In this document: piece after piece, positions 20,482 to 30,145 of the stretch
Layout: the number at the start of each line of letters is the position of its first letter
Position numbering within the stretch: the first letter of the stretch is position 1
Source of the DNA: an uncultured Bacillota bacterium
Lineage (GTDB): Bacteria; Sysuimicrobiota; Sysuimicrobiia; Sysuimicrobiales; Segetimicrobiaceae
Reading direction: 5' to 3'
Assembly: GCA_963804645.1 (NCBI GenBank)
Contig: CAWDRG010000009.1
Coordinates: 800,001 to 864,000, forward strand
Length of the DNA: 64,000 nucleotides
Translations under genes and position numbers: made by a program
The notes under the pieces: generated by a model
Told to the model about the DNA's origin: nothing
Seen by the model: the letters and a program-made list of their open reading frames with translations, nothing else
The model's database searches: none

Positions 20482-21591
20482 CTAGAAGCGTTCGCCGAAC
20501 GTCTCCAGGGCGTTGCCGGCGTAAATCCGCTGTTTCAACGGCTGCGGCAGCGCCGTGAAGACCTTGAACGGATCGTCGTTGTCCCAGTGCGGGTAGTCGG
20601 TGCTGAACAGCAGCGTCCGCTCCGCCCGCATCGCCTTGAGAAACGGCAGGAACTCCTCCTCATTGTCCGGGCCGTCGACCGGCTGCGTCGTGTACCGGAT
20701 GTGCTCGAAGACGTACTCGCTCGGCGGGCGTTTGACCCAGGGGATCTCGGTCCGCAACTCGCGCCACCGCTTGTCCATCCGCCACAACGTGGAGGGCAGC
20801 CACGTGAATCCCCACTCGATGAAGACGACCCTGAGCTTCGGGTAGCGCTCGAAGACGCCCTCGAAGACCAAGTTCACGGTGTTGGCCATCCCGAGCGCAA
20901 AGTTTGACACGTTGCGCTCCGCATACGTCTGAGGCACGCCGCCCGCGAGGGTCGGGGCGCCCTGGTAGGTGCCCTCGCCCCCGGAAGGGTGGTTGACGAC
21001 CGGCAGATCCGCCTCTTGCGCCGCCTCGTAGACCGGGTTGAACCAGGTGTGGCCCATCATCTGCTGGAGCAGCGGCAAGAAGACGGCGGCCACGCCCTTC
21101 GATCCCGCGTGCTTCCGGATCTCCGCCGCCGCGGAGACGGGATCGTGGGGCGACACGACGAGGGTGTACCGCAGGCGATCGTCGCGCGGCAGCCACTCCT
21201 GCACGAAGTAGTCGTTGAGCGCCGACAGATATGCGGCGGCCAGGCGGGGGTCCGTCCAGGTGTTCACCCATTCAACCGGCACGAGCAGCGCTTCGCTGAT
21301 CTGCCACTTCGCCATGAGATCCTGCTGGAGGAAAGCAAGGTCGCTGCCCGGCTCGCCACCCGACGGCGGCACGGCATCCCACCGATTAATCGCCCCGCTC
21401 GGATTCGGGTAGCGGAAGGGATGTCGCTTTACCTCGCGCTTCAACCGCGCGAAGCTCTCGAACTGAGTCTGCCACGCCTTGGTCATGTAGGGCAGCAGCG
21501 AGCGGACGCCTTCAGCCGGAGTGACGTGCACGTCGCAATCGACGATCCGGAGTGCCTGCTGCTGCGCGGGTGAGCGCGTCTCGACCATCAT
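20482..21591 (-). CDS. amidohydrolase family protein (Amidohydro_2), likely dinuclear oxygenase type
   Basis: 'IVDCDVH', 'NHP', 'FERYPKLRVVFIEWG', 'TTQP', 'FSTDYPHWD'; adjacent Rieske gene. Confidence 0.88.
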   Translation of the reverse strand: MMVETRSPAQQQALRIVDCDVHVTPAEGVRSLLPYMTKAWQTQFESFARLKREVKRHPFRYPNPSGAINRWDAVPPSGGEPGSDLAFLQQDLMAKWQISEALLVPVEWVNTWTDPRLAAAYLSALNDYFVQEWLPRDDRLRYTLVVSPHDPVSAAAEIRKHAGSKGVAAVFLPLLQQMMGHTWFNPVYEAAQEADLPVVNHPSGGEGTYQGAPTLAGGVPQTYAERNVSNFALGMANTVNLVFEGVFERYPKLRVVFIEWGFTWLPSTLWRMDKRWRELRTEIPWVKRPPSEYVFEHIRYTTQPVDGPDNEEEFLPFLKAMRAERTLLFSTDYPHWDNDDPFKVFTALPQPLKQRIYAGNALETFGERF

Positions 21592-21680
21592 CACACCACC
21601 TCGTGCGTCATCCCGCGGGCCGATCGCCGCGAGTATGCTGTCGATCCGTGTTCTCCCCTCGACGGTGCGCCCCCGGCCGC

Positions 21681-22853
21681 CTAGGACAGCGCCGCCGCGA
21701 TCCGCGACGCCGCCTCTTGCATGACCGCGGCCGGCTGCAGCAGTGTCGCCCGCATGTAGCCTTCTCCGGGCCCGAAAGCCGTGCCCGGATAGACGAGCAC
21801 GTTCGCCTGGTCCAGCAGGCGGACACAAAACTCGTACGACGATTCGCCGCGCGACGGGACGCGCGGGTAGAGGTACAGGGCGCCGCGCGACCAGCGGCCG
21901 CCCATCCCCAGCGGCTCGAAGGCGTTCAACAGAATCTGGCGCCGCTCCGCGTAGGTCCGGCGCATCTCCTCGACGCAGTCCTGGGGGCCCTCCAAGGCCG
22001 CCAGCGCCGCCGCCTGTGACACTGCCGGCGCACAGATCGTGAGCGTATGCTTGATCACCTCGATGGGGCCGACGAACTCGCGCGGGACCACCATATAGCC
22101 CACACGCCACCCCGTCATGGCGTAGATCTTGCTGAAGCCGTTGATCATGACCGTCCGGTCTCCGAGTCCCGGCTCGGCCGCGATGCTCGCGTGCGGCGGC
22201 CCTTCGTAAACGTACCGTTCGTAAATGTCGTCGGCGATGACCAGGAGGTTATGCCGGCGCGCGATGTGCCCGAGCGCGGCGATCGTATCGTGTGGGATGA
22301 CGGCTCCGGTCGGATTCTCCGGGCTGACAACGACTATGAGCTTGGTCCGGGGCGAAATGAGCGCCTCGACGTCGCGCGGATCGACCACGAAGCTGTTGGC
22401 CTCCCGGGTCGGCACGAACACCGGTACGCCGCCCGCAAGCAGAATTGCGCGCGAATACGAGATGTAGTGCCGGTCGGCCAGCAGGACCTCGTCGCCCGGA
22501 TCGAGCAGCGCCTGAAACACGACGTACATCGCTTCCTGTGCCCCCGCGGTGACGATCACCTGGCCCGGGCTGACATCGACGCGATAGTCGCGCCTGCACT
22601 TTTCCGCGATCGCTTCCCGGAGGTCCTGCCGGCCCTGCCAGTGCGTGTAATGGGTCGCGCCGCTGTCGAGGGCGCGTTTCGCGGCCTCGACGATGTGGGG
22701 CGGCGTCGGCAGGTCTGGATCGCCGCGACCGAGGGACACCAGGCCCTTGCGGCCCTCCGCCAGCGCGAGCAGCCGCTCGCGATCCCCGACCCCCTCTTTG
22801 GCCGCCCGCTTGGACACGCGCGGGGCCATCGTTTTGTCGGACGGAAGACTCAT
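21681..22853 (-). CDS. class I/II PLP aminotransferase (aspartate aminotransferase-like)
   Basis: 'GDPDLPTP', 'SPENPTG', 'DDIY', 'GFSKIYAMTGWRVG'. Confidence 0.92.
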   Translation of the reverse strand: MSLPSDKTMAPRVSKRAAKEGVGDRERLLALAEGRKGLVSLGRGDPDLPTPPHIVEAAKRALDSGATHYTHWQGRQDLREAIAEKCRRDYRVDVSPGQVIVTAGAQEAMYVVFQALLDPGDEVLLADRHYISYSRAILLAGGVPVFVPTREANSFVVDPRDVEALISPRTKLIVVVSPENPTGAVIPHDTIAALGHIARRHNLLVIADDIYERYVYEGPPHASIAAEPGLGDRTVMINGFSKIYAMTGWRVGYMVVPREFVGPIEVIKHTLTICAPAVSQAAALAALEGPQDCVEEMRRTYAERRQILLNAFEPLGMGGRWSRGALYLYPRVPSRGESSYEFCVRLLDQANVLVYPGTAFGPGEGYMRATLLQPAAVMQEAASRIAAALS

Positions 22854-23062
22854 CCCCGCTCTCCCTCCGGTGCATCGCCCCCCTGGAAACACGAGGCTGC
22901 GACGTCGTGGCGGCCCCGCGCCATCGCCCGCAGGCGTTCGCGGTCTCCAGTACGGTTGTTTGGCGTGCGTGTTGCCGCACCCGCTGCGACCGTCTGCCTC
23001 TCGGACAACGTCATGCGGTATCCCCCACGGTGTAGTTTGGTCGCGTACGCGGTGCGCGAACG

Positions 23063-24487
23063 CTAGCGACGACGCTCCGACTCGAACATCTGCGCGAATC
23101 GGAACCACACGGCGGCGGCGAACACGATCCCGTTGACGTAGTAGTCCAAATCCAGGTTCTCGTCTGGCGAATGGATCCGGCAGTCGGGATTCGCGAATCC
23201 CGTCAGCACGGGCGGGATCCCCAGCGATTCCGCGAAAACGCCTTCCGCGGTGGGGCCGCGGCGCTCTGCGGCCCATGCCGGCCCGAAGACTTCCATGCCG
23301 GCCTGGCGGATGGCGCGAACGATCATCGCGCTGGGCTCGGTGTGCCACGTCGGGGTCCGCGCCGAGATCACGCGCATCTCAACGTCCACGAACCCGCAGG
23401 AATCGAGGTGCTCGCGAAGCTTCTGCGCTTGACGTGCGGCGTCAAGCCGCGGGGGGCACCGAAAATCAAGCTTAGCGCTCGCGCGACGCGGCACGGCCGT
23501 CATCAGCACTCCCGGCGTCGTCTCCCCCGCCCAGAGGCCGCAGATCGTGCAGGTCGGCTCGACGTAGAACGCGCGGACCAGTTCCTCGCCGGTTCGTCCG
23601 GCGGGGAAGGTGTTTCGCCGCAGCCCGTGCTGCGCCCGAACGGCGTCCACGTCGAGGTCGCGCGCCTTCTCGCGGAAATATTCGCGATCGCCGTCGGTCA
23701 CCGCGGCGAGGTCGTCGCTCCATCCTGGGACGACGACGCGGTCCGACGCGACGTCCTTGATGGTCCGCAGCGCTTCGATCAGGCGCCAGGCGGCGTCGTG
23801 CACGAGCACGGCCCGACTGCTGTGGACATTTTCGCCCGCCGTCTCCACCGATAGTTCGACGTAGAGAATACCACGACCGAACAGATCGACCCGCGGCAGC
23901 CCACTCGAAGCTTCGGTCGATCCGTCGAGGCAGAACAGACCCTCGGCACCGCGAAGCTCGGCCGCGTGACTCAGGACCCAATCCCCGAGATGCGCGGATC
24001 CGAGCTCTTCCTCCCCTTCAATCACGAGCCGTACGTCGACCGGAAGCCCGCCGGCCGCCAGACAGGCCTCCGCCGCAAAGACAAACGCCAGGCATCCGCT
24101 CTTGTTGTCGACCGCACCGCGACCGTAGAGCCGACCATCGTGCACCTCACCGGCCCACGGATCGTAACTCCACGCGGTACGCTCGCCCGCCGGCTTGACG
24201 TCATAGTGGGCGTACCCCACCACCGCAGGCGAGTTCGACGGAACCGGACCGCGCGCAAACAGTGTCGGTCCGGCGCCTGGGATCGGGTCCGCCCGGACGC
24301 GCAGCCCGGCGGTGACTGCGACATGCTCGAGGTACTGCGCGGCCGCGCGACACTGTGCCACATCGGTGGTCACGCTGGGAATGCGCACAAAGTCGCGCAG
24401 CACGTCGACATACCGTTGCCGGGACGCGCGCACATGCTCCCGCACCCTCGTGAATCGGGCCGGCAGCCCCTCGACTCCGTCCGTCAT
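23063..24487 (-). CDS. M20/M25/M40 family metallopeptidase
   Basis: 'AHYDV', 'GRGAVDNKSG', 'EGEEE', 'IHSPDE'. Confidence 0.9.
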   Translation of the reverse strand: MTDGVEGLPARFTRVREHVRASRQRYVDVLRDFVRIPSVTTDVAQCRAAAQYLEHVAVTAGLRVRADPIPGAGPTLFARGPVPSNSPAVVGYAHYDVKPAGERTAWSYDPWAGEVHDGRLYGRGAVDNKSGCLAFVFAAEACLAAGGLPVDVRLVIEGEEELGSAHLGDWVLSHAAELRGAEGLFCLDGSTEASSGLPRVDLFGRGILYVELSVETAGENVHSSRAVLVHDAAWRLIEALRTIKDVASDRVVVPGWSDDLAAVTDGDREYFREKARDLDVDAVRAQHGLRRNTFPAGRTGEELVRAFYVEPTCTICGLWAGETTPGVLMTAVPRRASAKLDFRCPPRLDAARQAQKLREHLDSCGFVDVEMRVISARTPTWHTEPSAMIVRAIRQAGMEVFGPAWAAERRGPTAEGVFAESLGIPPVLTGFANPDCRIHSPDENLDLDYYVNGIVFAAAVWFRFAQMFESERRR

Positions 24488-24523
24488 CGCCGCCCTCCTC
24501 GCGCGCACGAACTCGCCGCACGC

Positions 24524-24770
24524 CTAGGTCTTGCCAATCCTCGAGTCGTCCATGTACACCCTGGTCGTATACGTCACGCCGCGCACGTTCGATCGGAACC
24601 GTACGGTACCACCGGTCGGTACAGCGGCACGTACAACCCGGCGTCCGCGATGCGGCTCCCGATGCGGCGAAATCCGCTTCGTGGCATCCGTCTCAACCTC
24701 GGCCTGAACCCGAGCATGGTGACCTCGGCTGCGTCCCGACTCGAGTCGGGACGCCATCGGACGCGCTTCG
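24524..24770 (-). pseudogene. relic C-terminus of a family 5 ABC substrate-binding protein
   Basis: Frameshifted translation 'KRVRWRPDSSRDAAEVTMLG/QAEVETDATKR.../RIADAGLYVPLYRPVVPYG/FRSNVRGVTYT' aligns with the C-termini of the binding proteins ending at 28196 and 30146. Confidence 0.75.
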
Positions 24771-24834
24771 TCTACGCCCCAGGGCCGGCGGGTTCCGCCT
24801 GGTCGCGGCATGCGCGCCCCCTCTGCGGTCGGCA

Positions 24835-26013
24835 CTACGCGGTCACCGACGCCTTCTGGCGGAAGAACGCGCTCAGGTGATCAACGACATACGCCACATC
24901 GTCCTCTGTCATTTGCGGGTACAGCGGCAACGTCATGATTTCACGAGCCAGGCGTTCCGTCACCGGAAGGGCGCCGGGACGGAGACCCGCCCGATCGCGA
25001 TACGGCGCGTCGAGGTGAATCGGGGTCGGATAGTGCACCTGAGTCTTGATCCCCTGCTGCCCGAGGTACCGGCGAAGCGCTGGGCGGTTCGGCACGCGGA
25101 CCTCGAACCGGACGTACGAATGCTCCGCCCACGCACGCTCCCCAGGAAGCTGGAGCGGGAGGGATCGTTCGGAGATCAGCGTCCGGTACAGCGCGGCCCA
25201 GCGCCGGCGCTGCGCGACCCACGCCGGCAGGCGGCGCAACTGAACCCGCGCGACCGCCGACAGCACTTCAGACTGCCGGTAGTTGAAGCCGACCTCGTCG
25301 TGAGACACGGCGAGGTCCGCGTCCGGTCCTTGGTGATAGTGTTCTCCCCGTCCGTGGTTGGCGAGATTGAACACCCGCCGCACGCGCATCTCGTCGAACG
25401 AGCCGACGGCGCCGCCCTCGCCGCCGCACGTCATCGCCTTGTTCTGCACGAAACTGTAGCACCCCATGTCCCCGAGCGTGCCCACGGATCGCCCCTTATA
25501 GCGGGCGCCGATAGCCTGACATGCGTCCTCGATCACGAACAAGTTGTGGGTCCGCGCCTGATCCAGGATCGGATCGAGATCGACTGGCGATCCCGCGGTA
25601 TGGACGGGCATGATCGCGCGAGTCCGCGGCGTGATCGCGGCCGCGACGGCAGCCGGATCGATATTGTAGGTATCCGGCTCCACGTCGACGAACACCGGCG
25701 TGGCCCCGACGAGCGACACGCAGTGCGCCACGCTGACAAACGTGTTGCTCGGAATGATCACCTCGTCGCCAGCGCCGACGTCGTAGGCGAGCCACGCGAG
25801 GTGCATCGCCGCGGTCCCGTTGGCCAAGTTGGCGATGTGCGGCCGTCTGCCGTCCGGCACGAGGTAGGCGCCGACCTCCTCCTCGAGGGACTTGCCCTCC
25901 GAAGCCTCGTGCGGCGACGTGCGGATGTAGTGCCCTGACTCAAGGACCCGACACGCTGCGTCCTTCATCTCCTGATCGACAAAGGGCCGAAACGCCACGG
26001 TGCGGCTGGCCAT
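24835..26013 (-). CDS. DegT/DnrJ/EryC1/StrS family aminotransferase (copy 1)
   Basis: 'NGTAAMH', 'GDEVI', 'IEDACQA', 'SFVQNK...GEGG', 'GFNYR', 'HYPTPIH'. Confidence 0.92.
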   Translation of the reverse strand: MASRTVAFRPFVDQEMKDAACRVLESGHYIRTSPHEASEGKSLEEEVGAYLVPDGRRPHIANLANGTAAMHLAWLAYDVGAGDEVIIPSNTFVSVAHCVSLVGATPVFVDVEPDTYNIDPAAVAAAITPRTRAIMPVHTAGSPVDLDPILDQARTHNLFVIEDACQAIGARYKGRSVGTLGDMGCYSFVQNKAMTCGGEGGAVGSFDEMRVRRVFNLANHGRGEHYHQGPDADLAVSHDEVGFNYRQSEVLSAVARVQLRRLPAWVAQRRRWAALYRTLISERSLPLQLPGERAWAEHSYVRFEVRVPNRPALRRYLGQQGIKTQVHYPTPIHLDAPYRDRAGLRPGALPVTERLAREIMTLPLYPQMTEDDVAYVVDHLSAFFRQKASVTA

Positions 26014-26086
26014 ACCTGCCTCCTCACTCAACCTGGTTCTGACGACGCCCCCCGCTGGAGGGGTTCCTCAGGCGATCTGCCGATCC

Positions 26087-26110
26087 TTCCATAGTTCGGA
26101 ATTGCGTTGC
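26087..26110. promoter_or_regulatory. putative IclR-type operator
   Basis: TTCC-N7-GGAA-N5-TTGC; same architecture as sites at 32811, 34754 and 43032. Confidence 0.45.
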
Positions 26111-26226
26111 AGAATTAATCTGGATTCGTACGGTTTCGATTGTCCATTCCGTAAGACGCTTCGGGTGAGGCTAGGTACGGAGACCTCGGATCCGCACGCG
26201 GGCGCGCCGTCGCGTTCGCCCCCGGC

Positions 26227-27111
26227 TCACATCCTTCGCAGGCGTGGGTCGAGGGCGTCTCGAAGGCTGTCCCCGACCAAGTTCACCGCCAGCACGAACG
26301 TCAGAATCGCGAACCCAGGGAACGTACTGATCCACCACTGGTATAGGTAGTCGCGCCCAGCGGCCACCATCGAGCCCCACTCGGGCACCTCGGGCGGAGC
26401 CCCGAGCCCGAGGAAGCTCAACGAGGCGAAGGTCAGCATCGCCCGCCCGACGTCCAGCGTGCTCAAGATGACGATCGGCGAAATGGTTCCCGGCAGGACG
26501 TGACAGGTCAACACCCGCCAGTCGGAGGCACCGAGGGCACGCGCCGCCTGCACGTACTCGCGGTCGCGCAGCGAGAGGACTAAGCCGCGCATGTAGCGCG
26601 CGTAGGACGGCCACCACGCGATCATGATGGCGATGACCGCATTGCGAATACCCGCGCCCAGCGCCGCCGTGATGACCATGGCGAGGATGATGGTGGGGAA
26701 GGCGAGCATGAGGTCCGTGAAGCGCATCAGCGCCTCATCGACCTCCCTCACGAACCCCGCCGCGCTTCCGATGACTGACCCGATGATCATCGCCAGCACG
26801 ACCGCCACGACCCCAACGGGGATCGACAGCCGTGATCCGTAGATCACGCGGCTGAGAATGTCGCGCCCGAGTTCATCGGTCCCGAACCAATGAGCGGGCG
26901 ACGGCGGCGCGAGTCGTGCCGGAATGTCCTGGGCCAGTGGGGCGTACGGAGCGATATGAGGCGCGGCCGCGGCCACGACCAACCAGACCACAATCACGCC
27001 GAACCCGCAGAGCGTCAGAGGCGCCCGCACGAGACGACGCGGCAGCGACCGCGCGATCAACCGGCGCCGACGCGGGGCGGAGAGCGACGCGGAGTCAACC
27101 CTGGCGTTCAC
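26227..27111 (-). CDS. ABC transporter permease (DppC-like)
   Basis: 'FGTDELGRDILSR', 'EYVQAARALG', 'PEWG', 'GDSLRDALDP'. Confidence 0.92.
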   Translation of the reverse strand: MNARVDSASLSAPRRRRLIARSLPRRLVRAPLTLCGFGVIVVWLVVAAAAPHIAPYAPLAQDIPARLAPPSPAHWFGTDELGRDILSRVIYGSRLSIPVGVVAVVLAMIIGSVIGSAAGFVREVDEALMRFTDLMLAFPTIILAMVITAALGAGIRNAVIAIMIAWWPSYARYMRGLVLSLRDREYVQAARALGASDWRVLTCHVLPGTISPIVILSTLDVGRAMLTFASLSFLGLGAPPEVPEWGSMVAAGRDYLYQWWISTFPGFAILTFVLAVNLVGDSLRDALDPRLRRM

Positions 27112-27112
27112 C

Positions 27113-28132
27113 TCAGCCCACCCGGATCCGCGGGTCGAACATCGCATAGGCGAGGTCCACCAGCAGATTGACGAAGATGTACACGGCGGCGACCACAATG
27201 CCGACCCCCATGATCGCCGGAAAATCAAGAGATGTCGCGCTGCTGAACGCGTACATCCCCAAGCCGGGCCAGGCGAACACGGTTTCGGTCACCACTGCCC
27301 CCGACAGCAGGTCCCCAAAGCTCAGGCCGATCACCGTAATGACCGGGATGAGGCCGTTGCGCGCCGCGTGCACGAGCATCACACGCCGCCGGCGCAGTCC
27401 CTTTGCGCGCGCCGTGCGGACGTAGTCGTCGCCCAGCGTCTCGAGCATACTGCCGCGCATGACGCGCGTGATCCGGCTCAAGCCAAAGCTCGACAGCACC
27501 AGGGCCGGGAGAATCATGTGGCTGGCCCAGTTCGCGACCACATCCATTCGGCCGGCGAGCAGGCTGTCGATCAGCAAGAACCCCGTCACGAACGGCGGGG
27601 GGACAATCGTCGCATCCAACCGGCCCGGAGACGCGGCGATTCCCAACTGAGCGTAGAAGATGAGCAATGCAACCAACCCGAGCCAGAATACCGGCATCGA
27701 GACGCCCAGCATCGCGACCACGCGAGCCACTTCGTCCACCAGCTTTTCGCGATTGATCGCCGCGAGGATTCCGAGCGGCACGCCGACCACGACGCTGAAA
27801 ATCAGCGCAGGCACTGCCAGCTCGATCGTCGCGGGCAGGTGCTGGCGGAGATCAAAGATCACGGACTGCTTGGTCGAGATCGAGGTGCCCATGTCGCCGT
27901 GCGCGAGGTTCCACAGGTAGATCAGGTACTGCTGGTACAAAGGCCTGTCCAATCCCCAGCGATGACGAAAGGCCGCGACGATCGCGGGGTCGGCCGCGGC
28001 CTGGTCACCGAGGTTCGCTGCGACGGGATCGGCGGGCACGGCGTGAGACAGGACGAAGCTGATCATGGTGATGCCGATCAGCATCGGCACCAGCAGCGTC
28101 ATCCGCCTGAGGATGTAAGCTTGCAGGCCCAC
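27113..28132 (-). CDS. ABC transporter permease (DppB-like)
   Basis: 'PADP', 'DYVRTARAKGL', 'ETVFAWPGLG', 'DPRIR'. Confidence 0.93.
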   Translation of the reverse strand: MGLQAYILRRMTLLVPMLIGITMISFVLSHAVPADPVAANLGDQAAADPAIVAAFRHRWGLDRPLYQQYLIYLWNLAHGDMGTSISTKQSVIFDLRQHLPATIELAVPALIFSVVVGVPLGILAAINREKLVDEVARVVAMLGVSMPVFWLGLVALLIFYAQLGIAASPGRLDATIVPPPFVTGFLLIDSLLAGRMDVVANWASHMILPALVLSSFGLSRITRVMRGSMLETLGDDYVRTARAKGLRRRRVMLVHAARNGLIPVITVIGLSFGDLLSGAVVTETVFAWPGLGMYAFSSATSLDFPAIMGVGIVVAAVYIFVNLLVDLAYAMFDPRIRVG

Positions 28133-28150
28133 AATCAGCCCACGGCCGTA

Positions 28151-28186
28151 CGGGGGCCGGCCCGCGTCAAACGGCGCGGCCCCCCG
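28151..28186 (-). terminator. GC-rich stem-loop between binding-protein and permease genes
   Basis: CGGGGGCCG...CGGCCCCCCG inverted repeat just after the stop; no U-tract, so possibly an mRNA stabiliser. Confidence 0.4.
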
Positions 28187-28195
28187 ACGTGCAGC

Positions 28196-29839
28196 CTAGC
28201 TCTTCCGGACGGCAGCGTAGTCCACAAACCAGGTGCTGGCCAGCGTCACGCCGTGGACATTACTACGGAACGCATACGGTGCCACCGGCTGGTACAGCGG
28301 GGCGTAGGGGCCGATCTGCGCGATCGTGCGATCGACTTGCTGGTACAGGGAGGCACGTCTCGCGGCATCGACTTCGGCCTGCGCCCGGTCCGCGAGGGCG
28401 GAGAGCTGCTGCGCCTCCGGACTCGCGTCCGCGGCCCACCCCGCCCGCTTGCCGACGGTGCGCCCCGGAACAAAGACAAGATAGTCGCTGACGTCCGGAA
28501 AGTCCGCCGCCCAGGCCCAGAGCCCCAACTGATCTTTGCCATCACGGAACTTCTGCAAGGCGACGCTGGACGGCAGGCCGTCCAGGCTGAGTTGGATGCC
28601 GACTTTCGCCAAATCCGCCTGGACCTTCTGCGCGACGATGCCGAACTGCACTCCGTAGTAGACGTTCCCGGTCGAAAATGAAAGCGTGCCGCTGAGATTG
28701 CCCGCGTTGGCTTCGGTGAGGAGTTGCTTGGCCCGGGCGATGTCCGTCTTCGCCGCCTCCGACGGCGGCATCGCGCCGGGCAAATTCGTGGGAATCACGC
28801 CCGCCAGCCGGACGGCGCCGGGGCCGGCCAGGGCAAGCACGCCTTGGTAGTCGATCGCGTACCGCACCGCCTGCTGTACCTTCGGGTTGCTGAAGGGCCC
28901 GCCGACCTGCGGGTTGTTGTTCATGACCACATACAGGAGATTGAGGGCAAGACTCGTGTTCACGGTCACGCCCGGGGAAGTTCGCAGCGTCCGTGCTTCA
29001 TCGGGACCGATCCCCCACGCGATGTCGAGATTGCCTTTCTGGATCAGCAGCTGTTCTGTGGCGGGCTCCACGATATCCTGAACGACCACGCGTGAGATCG
29101 GCGGCGGTCCCCCCCAGTGACTGGGGTTCGCCGTAAGCACCGCCTGCTGGGCCGGCGTATAACTGTCAAGCACATACGGCCCTGAGCCCGCCGAGTGGGC
29201 GTTCAGATAGGACTCGGCCTCGTCTTTCGTCTTCGCATCCGGGCTGGCGTCCCCACCGTGCTGCATCACGTCCTTGCTGTCCACCGCACCGCAAACGGGG
29301 CTTGCGAGAATCGGGATGATGCCAGGATTCGGGGCGTCAAGCCGGAGCACAACGGTCCCCGGATCGGGCGCCACCACCTCCTGCACGCCGTCCAAGAGGA
29401 ACGCACCGTTCCCCTTGATGTACCGGACGCGGTCCAACGACCATTTGAAATCGCTGCTCGTCAGCGGATTGCCGCTCGCGAAGCGCACATTGGGACGGAG
29501 GGTAAATGTGTACTCCTTGCCGTCGGGCGACACCTTCCAGGACGTCGCGAGCGAGGGTTTGGGAGATTTGAGGTCCTCGCCGACGAACGTCACCAGCGAA
29601 TCGTAGATGGCATGGCCGACGTTGCTCGACCCGTTCTCCAGCTGTCGGCCGGGATCCAACGTCTTGATATCGAAGCTGAACGCCACGGTCAGCGTATCCG
29701 CCGCCGCCGATGCGGCCGAGGCCGCCCAGGGCCCGACCGCCCGGTTGGCCAACGCGTATCCGATCCCCCCGCCAGCCAAGCGCAAGAAATCACGACGGTG
29801 AAGCCCGGACGTGATCGCGTGCTTCCCATACTTGTTCAT
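28196..29839 (-). CDS. ABC transporter substrate-binding protein, family 5, Tat signal
   Basis: 'HRRDFL' twin-arginine; 'YTFTLRPNVRFASGNPLT', 'GSGPY'. Confidence 0.93.
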   Translation of the reverse strand: MNKYGKHAITSGLHRRDFLRLAGGGIGYALANRAVGPWAASAASAAADTLTVAFSFDIKTLDPGRQLENGSSNVGHAIYDSLVTFVGEDLKSPKPSLATSWKVSPDGKEYTFTLRPNVRFASGNPLTSSDFKWSLDRVRYIKGNGAFLLDGVQEVVAPDPGTVVLRLDAPNPGIIPILASPVCGAVDSKDVMQHGGDASPDAKTKDEAESYLNAHSAGSGPYVLDSYTPAQQAVLTANPSHWGGPPPISRVVVQDIVEPATEQLLIQKGNLDIAWGIGPDEARTLRTSPGVTVNTSLALNLLYVVMNNNPQVGGPFSNPKVQQAVRYAIDYQGVLALAGPGAVRLAGVIPTNLPGAMPPSEAAKTDIARAKQLLTEANAGNLSGTLSFSTGNVYYGVQFGIVAQKVQADLAKVGIQLSLDGLPSSVALQKFRDGKDQLGLWAWAADFPDVSDYLVFVPGRTVGKRAGWAADASPEAQQLSALADRAQAEVDAARRASLYQQVDRTIAQIGPYAPLYQPVAPYAFRSNVHGVTLASTWFVDYAAVRKS

Positions 29840-30145
29840 TCGTGACCCCCTCTGCGTCGTAAGTACGCGTTCGACTGCTTCAAACGCGCTATCCCCGTGA
29901 GCTCGTAGAATCTTTGCGCGGCGCGACGACTTTCATGAGGCGTGCTGACGGCTTCCAGCAGCGCTCGATCCCTGCCCAGGGAATCGAGCGCGCGCACGCG
30001 GTCCACTCCCGGAGCCGGCGAGGAAACCGGCCTCCGGTCTGGCGTTGCAGTGTGTCGCATCCCGCAGTTCGGCGAATTGCGCCACAAGGCGCCCAACGGC
30101 TGTCCCATCGCAGTGGGCCGCACCAGCCCCTGCCATGCTACCCGG

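Noticed and set aside
29836..30123. 95-aa ORF between the two binding-protein genes
   Set aside because: No recognisable motif or RBS; probably intergenic.
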